Counted from the stretch's first letter, positions 46,986 to 57,837 are shown. The stretch: DNA of 61,353 nucleotides from Hyphomicrobiales bacterium (GCA_003164915.1 PLRT01000178.1:1-61353), one strand, 5' to 3'. Notes: a model not told the origin generated them from the sequence alone. Made by a program: numbers and translations.

Positions 46986-49172
46986 ATGTCGAAAGTCCTC
47001 ACGTTCCTGTTGTGGTCGTTCAGCGCCGTTGCGACTTTGGGCGTCGCCAGCCTGCCGCTTGGCATCGAGGCGCAACTCGCGCTGGTCGTCGGCGCGCTGG
47101 CCGCGATGCTGGCGCTGAAGCTGCTCGACGTCAGAGGCGCGTTCCGCCCGGTGTTCCTCGCGCTCGGCACCTTCGTCATCCTGCGCTACCTGTTCTGGCG
47201 CGTGTCGAGCACGATTCCGCCGATCAGTTCTCCGGCCGACTTCGCCGCCGGCGTCGCGCTGCTGATCGCCGAAATCTACTGCGTTGTGATGCTGTTCCTC
47301 AGCCTGTTCACCGTCGCCGATCCAATCGAGCGGCCGAAGGCGCCCCGCATCGCCGAAGAGGACGCGCCGACGGTCGACGTGTTCGTCCCGAGCTACAACG
47401 AGAGCATCGAGATCGTCGCGCCGACTTTGGCCGCGGCGAAACGGCTGCGGTACCCCGAGGGAAAGCTCAACATCTTCCTGCTCGACGACGGCGCCACCGA
47501 GGAGAAGCTGCAATCGGACGATCCGGCCGTCGCACGCCGCGCGCACAACCGGCGCGAAAGCTTGCAGGCGGTTTGCGCCGAACTGGGCGTCCATTATCTT
47601 TCGCGCGAGGACAACAAGCACGCCAAGGCGGGCAATCTCAATTCGGGTCTCGCCCAAAGCCAGGGCGATCTCGTCGCGGTGTTCGACGCCGACCACGCGC
47701 CTGCCCGGGACTTCCTGACCGAGACTGTCGGCTTTTTCGCGCAGGACGAGAAGCTGTTCCTCGTCCAGACGCCGCACTTCTTCCTCAATCCCGATCCGAT
47801 TGAGCGCAACGTCGGCGCCGTCGGCATGCCGGCCGAGAACGAAATGTTCTACGGCCTCGTGCAGAAGGGTCTCGACAAATGGAACGCCGCGTTCTTCTGC
47901 GGGTCGGCGGCGTTGCTTCGTCGCCAGGCGCTCGAAGAGGTCGGCGGTTTCCACGGCTCGTCGGTCACCGAGGACGCCGAGACCGCGCTGGAACTGCACG
48001 CGCACGGTTGGAACAGCGTCTATGTCGACAAGCCGCTGATCGCCGGGCTGCAGCCGGAGACCTTCGAGTCGTTCATCGGCCAGCGCTCGCGCTGGGCGCG
48101 CGGAATGGCGCAGATCCTGCTGCTCAAGAACCCGCTGTTCATTCCCGGCCTGAAGATGGCGCAGCGGCTGTGCTACCTGTCGAGCAGCCTGTTCTGGCTC
48201 TTCCCGCTGTCTCGGATGGTGTTCATCTTCGCTCCGCTCATGTATATCTTCTTCAATATGAAGATCTACGTCGCGAACGGGCAGGAGTTCATCGCCTACA
48301 CGCTGACCTACATGCTCTCGGCGCTGCTGATCCAGAGCTATGTGTTCGGCCGGGTGCGCTGGCCGTGGACGTCCGATCTCTACGAATATGTTCAGGCGGT
48401 GAAGTTGTTCCCGGCTGTCCTCGGCGTCTTTCTCGACCCGCGCCGGCCGAAGTTCAACGTCACCGCCAAGGGCCAGACGCTCGACGAAAACCAATTGTCC
48501 AGCCTGGCGTGGCCTTATTTCGCGCTGTTCGCCTTGGTGGCGGTCAGCATGGTCGCGCTTGCTCTCCGATTCGTCCACGAGCCCGACTCGCGCGATCTGA
48601 TCAGCGTGGTCGGCGTGTGGAGCGCGTTCAATCTGTGCCTCACCGGCGTCGCGCTCGGGGTGGTGTCGGAGCGGCGCGAGCGGCGCAGCGTGCCGCGCGT
48701 CCCCAGCCGGCTGGCGGCGAGCCTGGAATTCGGCTCGCAGACCCTGCCGGTAGCGATCGAGGACATGTCGTTCGGCGGACTGAAGGTGCGCGCGCTCGAC
48801 GCCGTCAAGCTGCCGCAGAAGGGCACCGGCGTGCTGCGCGTCGCGACCGGCGGCGCGGCTGGGCGGGTTCTCGAGACCCCGATCGTCGTAGCCGGGCGGC
48901 GCGTCAGCGACGAGGCGCGCGGCGTCGGCCTCAAATTCTATGGGGTCAATGGCGATCGCTTCAAGATCATCGCCAGCGTGATGTTCTTCTCAATCGACCC
49001 GATCTATCAGCGGCGATCGCAGCAATACGTGCGCCTCGGCGTCCTGCGCGGGTCGTTCAATTTCGCGCTCGCGGCGCTGAACCAGACGTTCCGAGGCTTC
49101 TATTACGCCTTCTTCCGCCGCAGCCAGGCGCGGCCGCCGCTCGGCCGTTCGTCGGAGAGCTCCGCCTCTTGA
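46986..49172 (+). CDS. bcsA: Cellulose synthase catalytic subunit (GT2 + PilZ)
   Basis: DDG, HAKAGN, DADH, QTPH, FFCGS, TED, QRSRW, FNVTAK; PilZ RSVPR and DMSFGG. Confidence 0.97.
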   Translation: MSKVLTFLLWSFSAVATLGVASLPLGIEAQLALVVGALAAMLALKLLDVRGAFRPVFLALGTFVILRYLFWRVSSTIPPISSPADFAAGVALLIAEIYCVVMLFLSLFTVADPIERPKAPRIAEEDAPTVDVFVPSYNESIEIVAPTLAAAKRLRYPEGKLNIFLLDDGATEEKLQSDDPAVARRAHNRRESLQAVCAELGVHYLSREDNKHAKAGNLNSGLAQSQGDLVAVFDADHAPARDFLTETVGFFAQDEKLFLVQTPHFFLNPDPIERNVGAVGMPAENEMFYGLVQKGLDKWNAAFFCGSAALLRRQALEEVGGFHGSSVTEDAETALELHAHGWNSVYVDKPLIAGLQPETFESFIGQRSRWARGMAQILLLKNPLFIPGLKMAQRLCYLSSSLFWLFPLSRMVFIFAPLMYIFFNMKIYVANGQEFIAYTLTYMLSALLIQSYVFGRVRWPWTSDLYEYVQAVKLFPAVLGVFLDPRRPKFNVTAKGQTLDENQLSSLAWPYFALFALVAVSMVALALRFVHEPDSRDLISVVGVWSAFNLCLTGVALGVVSERRERRSVPRVPSRLAASLEFGSQTLPVAIEDMSFGGLKVRALDAVKLPQKGTGVLRVATGGAAGRVLETPIVVAGRRVSDEARGVGLKFYGVNGDRFKIIASVMFFSIDPIYQRRSQQYVRLGVLRGSFNFALAALNQTFRGFYYAFFRRSQARPPLGRSSESSAS

Positions 49173-49210
49173 GGGCGAAGCCGTCGTTCCCATCGCGAGA
49201 GTTTACGCGC

Positions 49211-51460
49211 ATGACTCAATCCAGTCTGTTGTTCCTGCGATCCGCTGCTGCGGGCGCGCTCGCCCTGGCGTTGACCTTGGCGCCGCTCAGCGTCGCGGCG
49301 GAGGTCGCCGCGGCCCGGCCGGTCGCCGGCCCCCCGACGCGCGCCAACGCCGACGCGCTGAAGCGGCTGCCGGCGGGGCCCAAGGAACTCGTCTTCCGCG
49401 GCGAGAACGCCAGCGGCCGCTGGTCGGTCTTCATGAGCCCCGGCGAGGCGGCGCGCACCCAGACGTTCCAGCTCGCGATCCTCAACGCGGTCGTCGCTTT
49501 GCCGGAGCGTTCGTCGCTGAAATTGGTGGTCAACGGCCGCTTGCTGTCGACCGTGCCGGTTCGCTCCGCGGAGAAGCCCGACATTGTCGCGGTCAGGATC
49601 CCGCCGGGCGTCCTGACGCCGGGCCCCAACGACGTGCAGATCCACGTCGCCCTTGCGCATCGCGTGGATTGTTCGATCAAGGCCACCTACGAGCTGTGGG
49701 CGCTGCTCGATCCCGCGCAGACCGGCTTCGTGATCGACGCCGCAGCCGCAGCCTACGCGGTCCGTTCGCTCGATGATCTGGCGGCGGAGCCGGCGGCCGA
49801 AGACGGCGCGACCCACATCCACGTGCGCCTCGCCGCCGACGCCGATCCGGAAGCGATCAGCCACGCCGGCCGGTTCGTCGACGCCCTCGTGCGTCGGGCC
49901 GGACTGCTGCGCCCGATCGTCGACGTCGGCCCGCAGGAAGGCCAGGGCGCCGGCATGGATCTCGTCGTGGCCGCCGGCGCGGCGGGCGACGCTCTCGTCA
50001 AGGATCTACGGGTTGTCGGACGCGAGAACGGCGTCACGCTGGCGCGCGACCCCGCGACGAACCGACTGATCGCCGTCCTCTCCGGCGCTGACGACGCCGA
50101 CCTCGAAACGCAGATTTCCAGCCTCGAAGACTCCGCTCCGACGACGCATGCGCCCTCGGAGGACGCCGACGGGGTCGCGATCGGCTCCGGCGGCAGCATC
50201 GCCTTCTCCGACCTCGGCCTCGCCACCGACAATTTCGTCGGCCGACGCTTTTTGGCGACCGCGAGCGTCACGCTGCCGTCCGACTTCTTCTCGGCCGACA
50301 GCGACCGCGCGCGACTGCTGATCGACGGCGGCCGTTCGGCCGATCTCGACCCGAACAGCGAGCTCGTCTTCCGCGTCAACGGCGCCATCGCGTCGTCGCT
50401 GCGCCTCGCCGCGAGCGACCTCACGGAGTTCGACCGCAAGATGGTCGAACTGCCGCTGCGGTTCTTCCACCCTGGCCACAATGAGATCGCCATCGAAGGC
50501 ATGTTGCCGTCGCCTGCCGATCGCCAATGCGACACGGCCGCGGTCAATCGCGACAGCCGCCTGACGATCGCCGGGACGTCGACGCTGGAGTTTCCCAGGT
50601 TCGCTCATCTGCGGACGCTGCCGCAACTCGCTTCGACGCTGTCGGACGGCGTCAAGGGAAGCGACGGGCAGGTCAATCTCTATCTGCCGGACGCCGCGCC
50701 CAACGCTGTCGCAGCCGGCCTGACGGTTCTGGCGAATATGGCCCCGCAACTGGGGGCGATGAAGGCGCTCGTCGTCCATTTCGAGCCGCCCGAACGCGAC
50801 GACGCTCCGGGCGTGGTGGTCGCGGCGCTCGATCAGCTTCCCGAGTTCATCACCGCTCCGCTGCGCGGAAGGCTGTCGCTTTCGGATGGCGAAGCGACGA
50901 AGGCTGCCGACGCGGCGCGGCCTTCCGACTCCGGCCAACCGTTCCGGCTCGCCCTCGACGGGAGCGCCGCGCTCAACGCGGTGAGAACCCAGTTGCGCAA
51001 TCACGGCTTCTTCTACGGGTCCGACAAGGGCCCGAGCACGCTGACGCTGGCCCGGAACGGGGTGCTGATCGGCGCGGTGAGCCCGATCCCGCCGACGCCC
51101 ATTCTCGGCGGGATCGATATCCCGCAGGTCGTCGCCAGCCCGCAGCAGTGGCTGGTCGTGGCCGCTCGCGACGCCGACGGCTACAACGCGGCGATCGACC
51201 GGATGATCGCCAACGGCCGCTGGAGCGACCTCGCGGGCCAAGCGGTCGCCTATGATCCCGATTCCGACATGCTGCAATCGGCCCAGCCTGCGCGCGTCGC
51301 CTATGTGCTGCCCAATCGCTTCGCCCTCTCCGACGTGCGGCCGATTCTCGGCGGCGTCTTCTCCGACAACATCGTCCTCAGCCTCGGCGTGCTGCTGTTG
51401 CTGATGTCGGCGCTCGGGCTTTCGACGCACGTGTTGATTCGAAGAATGGGGGGCCGGTGA
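49211..51460 (+). CDS. bcsB: Cellulose synthase periplasmic subunit
   Basis: Signal peptide, NAVV.LPE.S.L...VNG, HRVDCS..ATYELW, C-terminal TM anchor; lies between bcsA and the GH8 gene. Confidence 0.9.
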   Translation: MTQSSLLFLRSAAAGALALALTLAPLSVAAEVAAARPVAGPPTRANADALKRLPAGPKELVFRGENASGRWSVFMSPGEAARTQTFQLAILNAVVALPERSSLKLVVNGRLLSTVPVRSAEKPDIVAVRIPPGVLTPGPNDVQIHVALAHRVDCSIKATYELWALLDPAQTGFVIDAAAAAYAVRSLDDLAAEPAAEDGATHIHVRLAADADPEAISHAGRFVDALVRRAGLLRPIVDVGPQEGQGAGMDLVVAAGAAGDALVKDLRVVGRENGVTLARDPATNRLIAVLSGADDADLETQISSLEDSAPTTHAPSEDADGVAIGSGGSIAFSDLGLATDNFVGRRFLATASVTLPSDFFSADSDRARLLIDGGRSADLDPNSELVFRVNGAIASSLRLAASDLTEFDRKMVELPLRFFHPGHNEIAIEGMLPSPADRQCDTAAVNRDSRLTIAGTSTLEFPRFAHLRTLPQLASTLSDGVKGSDGQVNLYLPDAAPNAVAAGLTVLANMAPQLGAMKALVVHFEPPERDDAPGVVVAALDQLPEFITAPLRGRLSLSDGEATKAADAARPSDSGQPFRLALDGSAALNAVRTQLRNHGFFYGSDKGPSTLTLARNGVLIGAVSPIPPTPILGGIDIPQVVASPQQWLVVAARDADGYNAAIDRMIANGRWSDLAGQAVAYDPDSDMLQSAQPARVAYVLPNRFALSDVRPILGGVFSDNIVLSLGVLLLLMSALGLSTHVLIRRMGGR

Positions 51461-52602
51461 ACAAGGGTCGGTTGGCGGGACTACTGATGGCGGCGTGCCT
51501 CCAGACTTCCCCGCTGCTGGCGGGGGAAGAGACGCAGGCGTGGGCGCCGCCGGCCCGGCCGCCCGTCGCCGGCGCGTCGGTCAATGCCGATCAGGGCGCG
51601 CGCGACGCGCTCGCGCAGGTCGCGCGCATGTGGTTCAAGGCGGAGTGGCAGAACTACGCCGCGACTTTCGTGACGCCGGACGGCCGCATCGTCGACAACG
51701 CCAACGGAAACGTCTCGCACAGCGAAGGACAGGGCTACGGTCTGCTGTTGGCCGTTTACGCAGAGGACTCCGAGCGGTTCGACAAGATCTGGCGGTGGAC
51801 CGAGGCGCACATGATGGTCCGCCCCGATCACCTGCTGTCGTGGCGGTGGGACCCGCAAAAGGGCGCGATCACCGATCCGAACAACGCCACCGACGGCGAC
51901 ATTCTCGTCGCCTGGGCGCTCGCGCGCGCCGCGCAGAAATTCGATCGTCCCGACTATCGCGCCTCGGCCGCGCTGATCGCCGACGCGATCGGCGCGACGC
52001 TGATCAAGACGAGCGACCGAGGCCCGATTCTGCTGCCCGCGGCGAGCGGTTTCACCCACGACGACCAGCCCGACGGGCCGGTGGTCAACCTGTCCTACTG
52101 GGTCTTTCCCGCGTTTCCGACGCTCAAGCAGCTCGCGCCCGCCTACGATTGGGACGCGCTCAGCGCCAACGGACTGAAGCTGCTGAGCGCCGCCCGGTTC
52201 GGGCCGCTTCGCCTGCCGCCGGACTGGCTGTCGCTCGGCGGACCGGCGCCTGCGCCGGCGGAGAAGTTTCCCACCCAGTTCGGCTACAACGCCATCCGCA
52301 TTCCGCTCTACCTCGCCTGGGACGGCGCGCCGTCGGCGCGTCGCGCCTTGAGCGGATTCGTCAATCTCTGGCGCGGCCCCCGCAGCGCCGGCCCCTATGT
52401 CATCGACGTCAATTCGGGATCGGCGGAACAGACGCTCGACGGCGCCGGCTATCGCCTGGTGCTGGCGCTGGCGCGCTGCGTCGCGCTCAATCTGCCGATC
52501 GACGAAGGCGTCATCAAGGCTCGGGACTCGCTCTACTACCCGAACACGTTGCGTCTGTTGTCGCTTGCAGCGATTCAGGAAAGGTTCCCGCAATGTTTTT
52601 GA
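51457..52602 (+). CDS. bcsZ: GH8 endoglucanase (BcsZ/CelC)
   Basis: SHSEGQGYG, NNATDGD, NLSYW, LPPDW, FGYNAIRIPLYL. Confidence 0.93.
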   Translation: MNKGRLAGLLMAACLQTSPLLAGEETQAWAPPARPPVAGASVNADQGARDALAQVARMWFKAEWQNYAATFVTPDGRIVDNANGNVSHSEGQGYGLLLAVYAEDSERFDKIWRWTEAHMMVRPDHLLSWRWDPQKGAITDPNNATDGDILVAWALARAAQKFDRPDYRASAALIADAIGATLIKTSDRGPILLPAASGFTHDDQPDGPVVNLSYWVFPAFPTLKQLAPAYDWDALSANGLKLLSAARFGPLRLPPDWLSLGGPAPAPAEKFPTQFGYNAIRIPLYLAWDGAPSARRALSGFVNLWRGPRSAGPYVIDVNSGSAEQTLDGAGYRLVLALARCVALNLPIDEGVIKARDSLYYPNTLRLLSLAAIQERFPQCF

Positions 52603-54491
52603 GGCGTCCCCTCGTCATAACCGCGATGCTGGTGCTTGCGGGCACGGCCGTCCGCTCGCAAGGCGTCAATTCGAATGAGCCGCCGCCGGCGCCGCTGTTC
52701 GCCGATGCGCCGGCCGACCCGTCCGCCCCGCAGTCGGCGGCCGATGCGCCGGCCGCCGTCGCGCCGATCGACCTGCCGCCGATCAGCGCGCCGCCGCCGG
52801 TCGTTCAGGCCAGCGCGACGGGAGGATGGGACTTCTCGCCGCCCAAGCCGCAGCCGACCGACGCGCCCGACGGCGCCGCGGCGAGCAAGTCCCGCGACGG
52901 CGAGATCGATCTCACCGCGCTGCGCTACTTCGCCGGCCAGGGGGACCTCGCGCGGGTTGCCGCGGAAATCCGTCGGCTGCGCGAAAAGCACCCCGGCTGG
53001 CAGCCGCCGCAGGACCTCTTCGCCCAGCAGGGCAACGGCGCGGTCGAGAAGCCGCTGTGGGATCTCTTCGCCCAGCATGACTACGATGGCGTGCGCGCTG
53101 GCGTCGCGGCGATCCAGGACAAGAATCCGGGATGGCAACCCTCGTCCGAATTGATGACCAAGTTGTCGCTGGCCGAAGCGGACGAACAACTCGTCAAGGC
53201 GTCGGACGCGCAGCAATGGGGCGACGTCATCAATATCGCCGCCGCCAACAAGATGCTGCTGACCTGCAGCAACGTCGACGCGATCTGGCGCACCGCCGAA
53301 GCGCTGGCGCGCACCGATGACGAGCCGCGAGCGGCCGAGGCCTATCGCTACATTCTCACCGCCTGCGCCAAGCGCGAGGAAAGGCTGGCGACGGTGCAGA
53401 AGGCGGAGCAACTGCTCAAGTCGCCCGATGATCTCGAGGGCCTGTTTCGGCTCGGGCGGCGCCTGCCGAACGGAAGCTCCGAGTTCGACTCCGTCCGCCT
53501 CGACCTCATCCGCCAGAAGGTCGGCGACGCGGCGGCGGGCAAGCCGGGGCCGGAGGCGATCCAGAGTGAAATCGACCAGCTCGCTGCGCACGCGCGCAAC
53601 GCCAACGACCGCAGCGACCAGCAGCTGCTCGGTTGGCTCGCTTATTCGCGCAAGGATTACGTCCAGGCGGAAAGCTGGTTCTCGATGGCGCTCAAGCCCG
53701 GCCCCGATCCCAAGGCCGCCGAAGGGCTGGTGCTGACCTTGCGCGGCGCGGGCAAGATCGCCGACGCGCAGAAGCTGGCGGTGCAATATGCGGGATTGGG
53801 GCCGCTCAATCGCAAACTGATGATCGAGGTGCTGACGGCGGCGCTCGGCGATCCCGCCGCGACGCCGCTGGCGCCCGGCGATCTGGTGACCCTGGCGCAA
53901 GCGATCGACCAGGCGCAGTCGGCCGAAGGCGCTCAGCTCTACGGCTGGCATCTCTACAACGCCAACGATGTCGCCGGCGCGGCGGACTGGTTCCGCAAGT
54001 CGGCCGAATGGCAGCCGAACGAGGCGGCGGCGGTGGGCTTGATCGTCACGGCGCGACGCCTGCACGACACTCACGACTATGCCGAACTGGTGGCCAAGTA
54101 CCGCGACGTCTATCCCAAGGTGGCCGAGCTCGAGGCGGCGATCGGCGGGCGCAAGACGCCGACGGCGCAAGCCTCTTCGAACGGAACGGCGCGTTCTCTG
54201 GGCGGGGGGGGCGGCGGCTGGGACAAGAACGCCGACGCGATCGCCAAGGCGATGCAGTCCGGCAATGTCGATCGGACGCTCGCGATGCTCGATGACCGCA
54301 AGAGCAGGGGCGTAGGGGAGCCCTCGGGCCTGTCCGTCATCCGCGGCTGGGCGCTCTTCCAGAAGGGCGACTGGGAAGGGGCGAAGAAGGTCTTCGCCGG
54401 CCTGCGGGACAAGCAGGAGCAAGTCGAGGACGCCGAGTTCGGGCTCGCCACCATCGAGCACGCCGAACTGCCGCCCTCGATGCGGCGATAG
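52593..54491 (+). CDS. Periplasmic TPR protein of type III bcs operons (BcsK/CelG-like)
   Basis: Signal peptide, Pro-rich linker, D..ALRYFA..GD..R..AEI.RL....P.W.PP, LLTC..VD..W..AEA, TPR helices; no C-terminal beta-barrel. Confidence 0.78.
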   Translation: MFLRRPLVITAMLVLAGTAVRSQGVNSNEPPPAPLFADAPADPSAPQSAADAPAAVAPIDLPPISAPPPVVQASATGGWDFSPPKPQPTDAPDGAAASKSRDGEIDLTALRYFAGQGDLARVAAEIRRLREKHPGWQPPQDLFAQQGNGAVEKPLWDLFAQHDYDGVRAGVAAIQDKNPGWQPSSELMTKLSLAEADEQLVKASDAQQWGDVINIAAANKMLLTCSNVDAIWRTAEALARTDDEPRAAEAYRYILTACAKREERLATVQKAEQLLKSPDDLEGLFRLGRRLPNGSSEFDSVRLDLIRQKVGDAAAGKPGPEAIQSEIDQLAAHARNANDRSDQQLLGWLAYSRKDYVQAESWFSMALKPGPDPKAAEGLVLTLRGAGKIADAQKLAVQYAGLGPLNRKLMIEVLTAALGDPAATPLAPGDLVTLAQAIDQAQSAEGAQLYGWHLYNANDVAGAADWFRKSAEWQPNEAAAVGLIVTARRLHDTHDYAELVAKYRDVYPKVAELEAAIGGRKTPTAQASSNGTARSLGGGGGGWDKNADAIAKAMQSGNVDRTLAMLDDRKSRGVGEPSGLSVIRGWALFQKGDWEGAKKVFAGLRDKQEQVEDAEFGLATIEHAELPPSMRR

Positions 54492-54530
54492 CGAGGAGCG
54501 CAGGCGGCGAAACGACGAGGGGCTGACGCC

Positions 54531-55613
54531 ATGGAGACGGTGCGGGGCGGCCTGGACGATGTGGCGGACGCGCTGTCGGCGCGTGAGCGCGGCTACGACC
54601 TCGCGATCGGCGCGATGGAGCACCTCGGCGTGGCCGCTTTCGTGCTCGGCGCCGACGGCCGCGTGCTGCTGTGGAACCAGGCCTGCGAACACTTGACCGG
54701 CGTGCCGGCGCGGGACGTGCTCGGCGCGCGCAATCCCTGGCGGGCCTTCTACGACAAGCCTCGCCCCTGTCTCGCCGACCTCGTGCTGTCGCAACGCGCC
54801 GACGCCGTCGGTTCGCTCTACGTTCGCGGCGGCGCGTCGGCTCGCGGCGGAAGCGCCCTGTCGGCCGAGACCTGGTGCGCCATGCCGCAGCTCGGCCGGC
54901 CGCTCTATCTGACGATCGACGCCGCACCGATCCGCGACCAATCGGGCGCCGTGATCGCGGTGGTGGAGACGCTTCGCGATCTCACGGCGGACCGGCGGCG
55001 GCAGGAGGAGCTGGAGTCGCTCGCCACGCTCGACGGCCTGACCGGACTGCTCAATCGTCGCAGTTTCGACGAGCGCCTTGGCGGGGAGGCGCGCCGTGCG
55101 GCGCGCGACCAGCTTCCGCTGGCGCTGCTGATGATCGACCTCGACAATTTCAAGCCTTACAACGACGCCCACGGCCATCAGATCGGCGACGCGTGCCTGA
55201 AGAGCGTGGCGCTGGCGATCCGCGGCGCGCTAACGCGCGCCGGCGACCTCGCGGCGCGCTACGGCGGGGACGAATTCGCGGTCATTCTGCCGGGCGTCGA
55301 CGCCATCGGCGCGGCGCGGGTGGCGCGGCGCATCCGCGAGCGCGTCGCGGCGCTTCGCATCGTCAATCCCTTCTCCGCGAATTCGTATGGCTTGACGCTG
55401 AGCGTCGGCGGTTGCGCGGCGGCGGCCGATTTCGTCGGCTCGGCCAGCCGGCTGATCGCGACGGCAGACGCCGAGCTCTATCGCGCCAAGCGCAGCGGTC
55501 GCAATCGCATGTCGATTGTCGATTGCGAGGCGGGCGCTTCGGCGTTCGGCGATCACCGCGCCAACCCGCTCGCCGCGACGGGCGGGCGCGCGGCTGCGGG
55601 CCCGAATCCCTGA
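54531..55613 (+). CDS. PAS-GGDEF diguanylate cyclase
   Basis: PAS (WN.ACE.LTG, AAPIRD..G....VVET.RD), DGLTGLLNRR, D.DNFK.YND..GH..GD, I-site RAGD, RYGGDEF. Confidence 0.93.
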   Translation: METVRGGLDDVADALSARERGYDLAIGAMEHLGVAAFVLGADGRVLLWNQACEHLTGVPARDVLGARNPWRAFYDKPRPCLADLVLSQRADAVGSLYVRGGASARGGSALSAETWCAMPQLGRPLYLTIDAAPIRDQSGAVIAVVETLRDLTADRRRQEELESLATLDGLTGLLNRRSFDERLGGEARRAARDQLPLALLMIDLDNFKPYNDAHGHQIGDACLKSVALAIRGALTRAGDLAARYGGDEFAVILPGVDAIGAARVARRIRERVAALRIVNPFSANSYGLTLSVGGCAAAADFVGSASRLIATADAELYRAKRSGRNRMSIVDCEAGASAFGDHRANPLAATGGRAAAGPNP

Positions 55614-55732
55614 TCCGTTCCGCCGGCGTTCGCGCGCTGGCTTGTCCCCTTCGGACGCGCCGCGCGGCGCTTGCCTCGGGCGGCGCGGCGGCGCTAACGA
55701 CAGGGCGTCGAACGCAGCCCATGGTCCAAGAG

Positions 55733-56251
55733 ATGTCGCGGCCTCCGAGGCGGATCGTCACCGTCGACGATCGTATGCAGTCGGGATATTCCTATGCGCT
55801 GACGGCGCAGGAGGGGCGCGACTTCGATCCCGAGTTCCGCCCCGAGCTGACGCCGAGGGAGATGCTCGCGCTCGGCGTGTTCGGCGGCAAATACATGACC
55901 GATTGCCGCAACGAATTTCCCGCCGACTGGTTCGCGCACGCCAGGCTGTCGCCGACGCGGCGTGATCCGTCGCTCAACTATTTCGGCGTCGACGCGAGCC
56001 AGCCGCTCGCCGAATGGCGCCGCAAGGGTTGGATCCACCCCGACGATCCACGCGGCTGGTTCCAGTGGTACTGCCGCTATTGGCTGGGGCGACGCGCGCC
56101 CGAAGAGGACGCGCGGCAGATCAAGCGCTGGAAGGCGATCCGCCGCCATGTCGCGCAGATCCGGCGCCATTGCGAACCGGGCGATCCACACTGCCGCCCG
56201 CGCCAACGCCAGGCGCTGCTGCACTGGGCCTACGACAGCCGCAAGATCTGA
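55733..56251 (+). CDS. Conserved hypothetical Trp/Arg-rich protein
   Basis: F.P.LTP.EML.LGVFGGKY, NYFGV.ASQ.L..W...GWI...DPRGWFQWYCRY..GRR...D.RQIKRW, QRQALLHWAYD; start could be 55721. Confidence 0.8.
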   Translation: MSRPPRRIVTVDDRMQSGYSYALTAQEGRDFDPEFRPELTPREMLALGVFGGKYMTDCRNEFPADWFAHARLSPTRRDPSLNYFGVDASQPLAEWRRKGWIHPDDPRGWFQWYCRYWLGRRAPEEDARQIKRWKAIRRHVAQIRRHCEPGDPHCRPRQRQALLHWAYDSRKI

Positions 56252-56264
56252 GGCGGCGGCCGGA

Positions 56265-57662
56265 CTATCTCGGGCCGACCATCGCCTCCGGGCGAACGAG
56301 CCGGTCGAAGGTCGCTGCGTCGACGCCGGCTTTCAGCGCCTCCTCGCGCAAGGTTGTTCCGTTATGATGCGCGGCCTTGGCGATCGTCGCGGCGCGGTCG
56401 TAGTCGATCGCCGGCGTCAGCGCCGTCGCCAGCATCAGCGAACGGCGCATCAGCTCGTCGATCCGCGCGCGATCCGGCTCGATGCCGACGACGCAGCGGG
56501 TGACGAAACTGTCGACCGCGTCGGCGAGGAGCCCGATCGATTGCAGGGTCGCGTTGATGATCAACGGCTTCAAGGCGTTGAGCTCGAGATGGCCCTGGCT
56601 GTCGGCGAAGGCGACGATCGTTCCGTTGCCGATCGTCTGCACGCAAACCATGCACAAGGCCTCGACCTGGGTCGGGTTGACCTTGCCGGGCATGATCGAC
56701 GATCCCGGCTCGTTTTCCGGTAGACGCAGTTCGGCGAGGCCGCTTCGCGGGCCTGAGCCGAGCAGGCGAATGTCGCAAGCGATCTTGTAGAGCGCCGCGG
56801 CGAGGCTTGTCAGCGCGCCGTGGGTGAAGACCAGCGCATCGTGCGCCGCGATGGCCTCGAATTTGTTGGCGGCGGAGACGAACGACAGGCCGGCCAGCGC
56901 CGCGACACGGCGCGCGAACGCTTCGGCGAAGCGCGGGTCGGCGTTCAAGCCGGTGCCGACTGCGGTCGCGCCCTGCGCCAGCGCAAGCAACCCCGGCAGC
57001 GTCGCCTCAATCCGCGCACGGGCGAGAGCGACCTGCGCCGCCCAGCCGGAGAACTCCTGGCCGAGCGTGATCGGCGTCGCATCCTGCAAGTGCGTGCGGC
57101 CGATCTTGACCAGATCGGCGAAGGCGGCGCTCTTGGCCGCCAGCGCGTCGCCGAGGCGCGCGAGCGCAGGCTGCAGGCGCAGATGAATCTCGAGCGCGGC
57201 GGAAATATGCATCGCGCTGGGAAACGAATCGTTCGACGATTGTCCGAGATTGACGTGGTCGTTGGGATGGACCGGAGACTTGTCGCCGCGATGTCCGCCG
57301 AGCGCCTCGTTGGCGAGGTTGGCGATCACCTCGTTCACGTTCATGTTGGTCTGGGTGCCTGATCCGGTCTGCCAGACCTTGAGCGGGAATTCGTCGTCGC
57401 GCTCGCCCGCCGCGACTTCCGCCGCGGCGGCGGCGATCGCCAGCGCCAGCGGCGGCGACAGCAGCCCGAGCTCTTCATTGGTCAGCGCCGCCGCCTGCTT
57501 GACGAGGCCGAGCGCGCGGACGACCGCGCGCGGCATCCGCTCCTCGCCGATCGGGAAGTTCTCCAGCGAGCGTTGCGTTTGCGCGCCCCACAAGCGTTCG
57601 GCAGACACCTCGATCGCGCCGAAACTGTCGGTCTCGCGTCGCGTCGCTGACAAATTCGTCAT
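56265..57662 (-). CDS. fumC: Class II fumarate hydratase
   Basis: [59 protein letters not shown]. Confidence 0.96.
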   Translation of the reverse strand: MTNLSATRRETDSFGAIEVSAERLWGAQTQRSLENFPIGEERMPRAVVRALGLVKQAAALTNEELGLLSPPLALAIAAAAAEVAAGERDDEFPLKVWQTGSGTQTNMNVNEVIANLANEALGGHRGDKSPVHPNDHVNLGQSSNDSFPSAMHISAALEIHLRLQPALARLGDALAAKSAAFADLVKIGRTHLQDATPITLGQEFSGWAAQVALARARIEATLPGLLALAQGATAVGTGLNADPRFAEAFARRVAALAGLSFVSAANKFEAIAAHDALVFTHGALTSLAAALYKIACDIRLLGSGPRSGLAELRLPENEPGSSIMPGKVNPTQVEALCMVCVQTIGNGTIVAFADSQGHLELNALKPLIINATLQSIGLLADAVDSFVTRCVVGIEPDRARIDELMRRSLMLATALTPAIDYDRAATIAKAAHHNGTTLREEALKAGVDAATFDRLVRPEAMVGPR

Positions 57663-57837
57663 GTATCGACTCCCAGCTGTCTCGGCGCCATTGTAGCCGC
57701 GGCGCCGCCGCGCCGCGCGACCGCCAGTCCGAAACGCCCTTGCGCCGTTAAAGACGCGGATGGGCCGCGCTTTCAAGCCGCTCGCCAGACTGTCGCCACA
57801 TTGCCAGCGAGGATGGGGCGGCCTAAGAAAGGGCGCA

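Noticed and set aside
54204-54211. G8 tract in the TPR gene (and C8 at 42483-42490 in the NYN gene) as phase-variation switches
   Set aside because: Both are short, in frame and encode Gly runs, as expected in high-GC DNA; no evidence of slippage without reads.
52593-54491. Calling the TPR gene bcsC
   Set aside because: It is too short and lacks the C-terminal outer-membrane beta-barrel.
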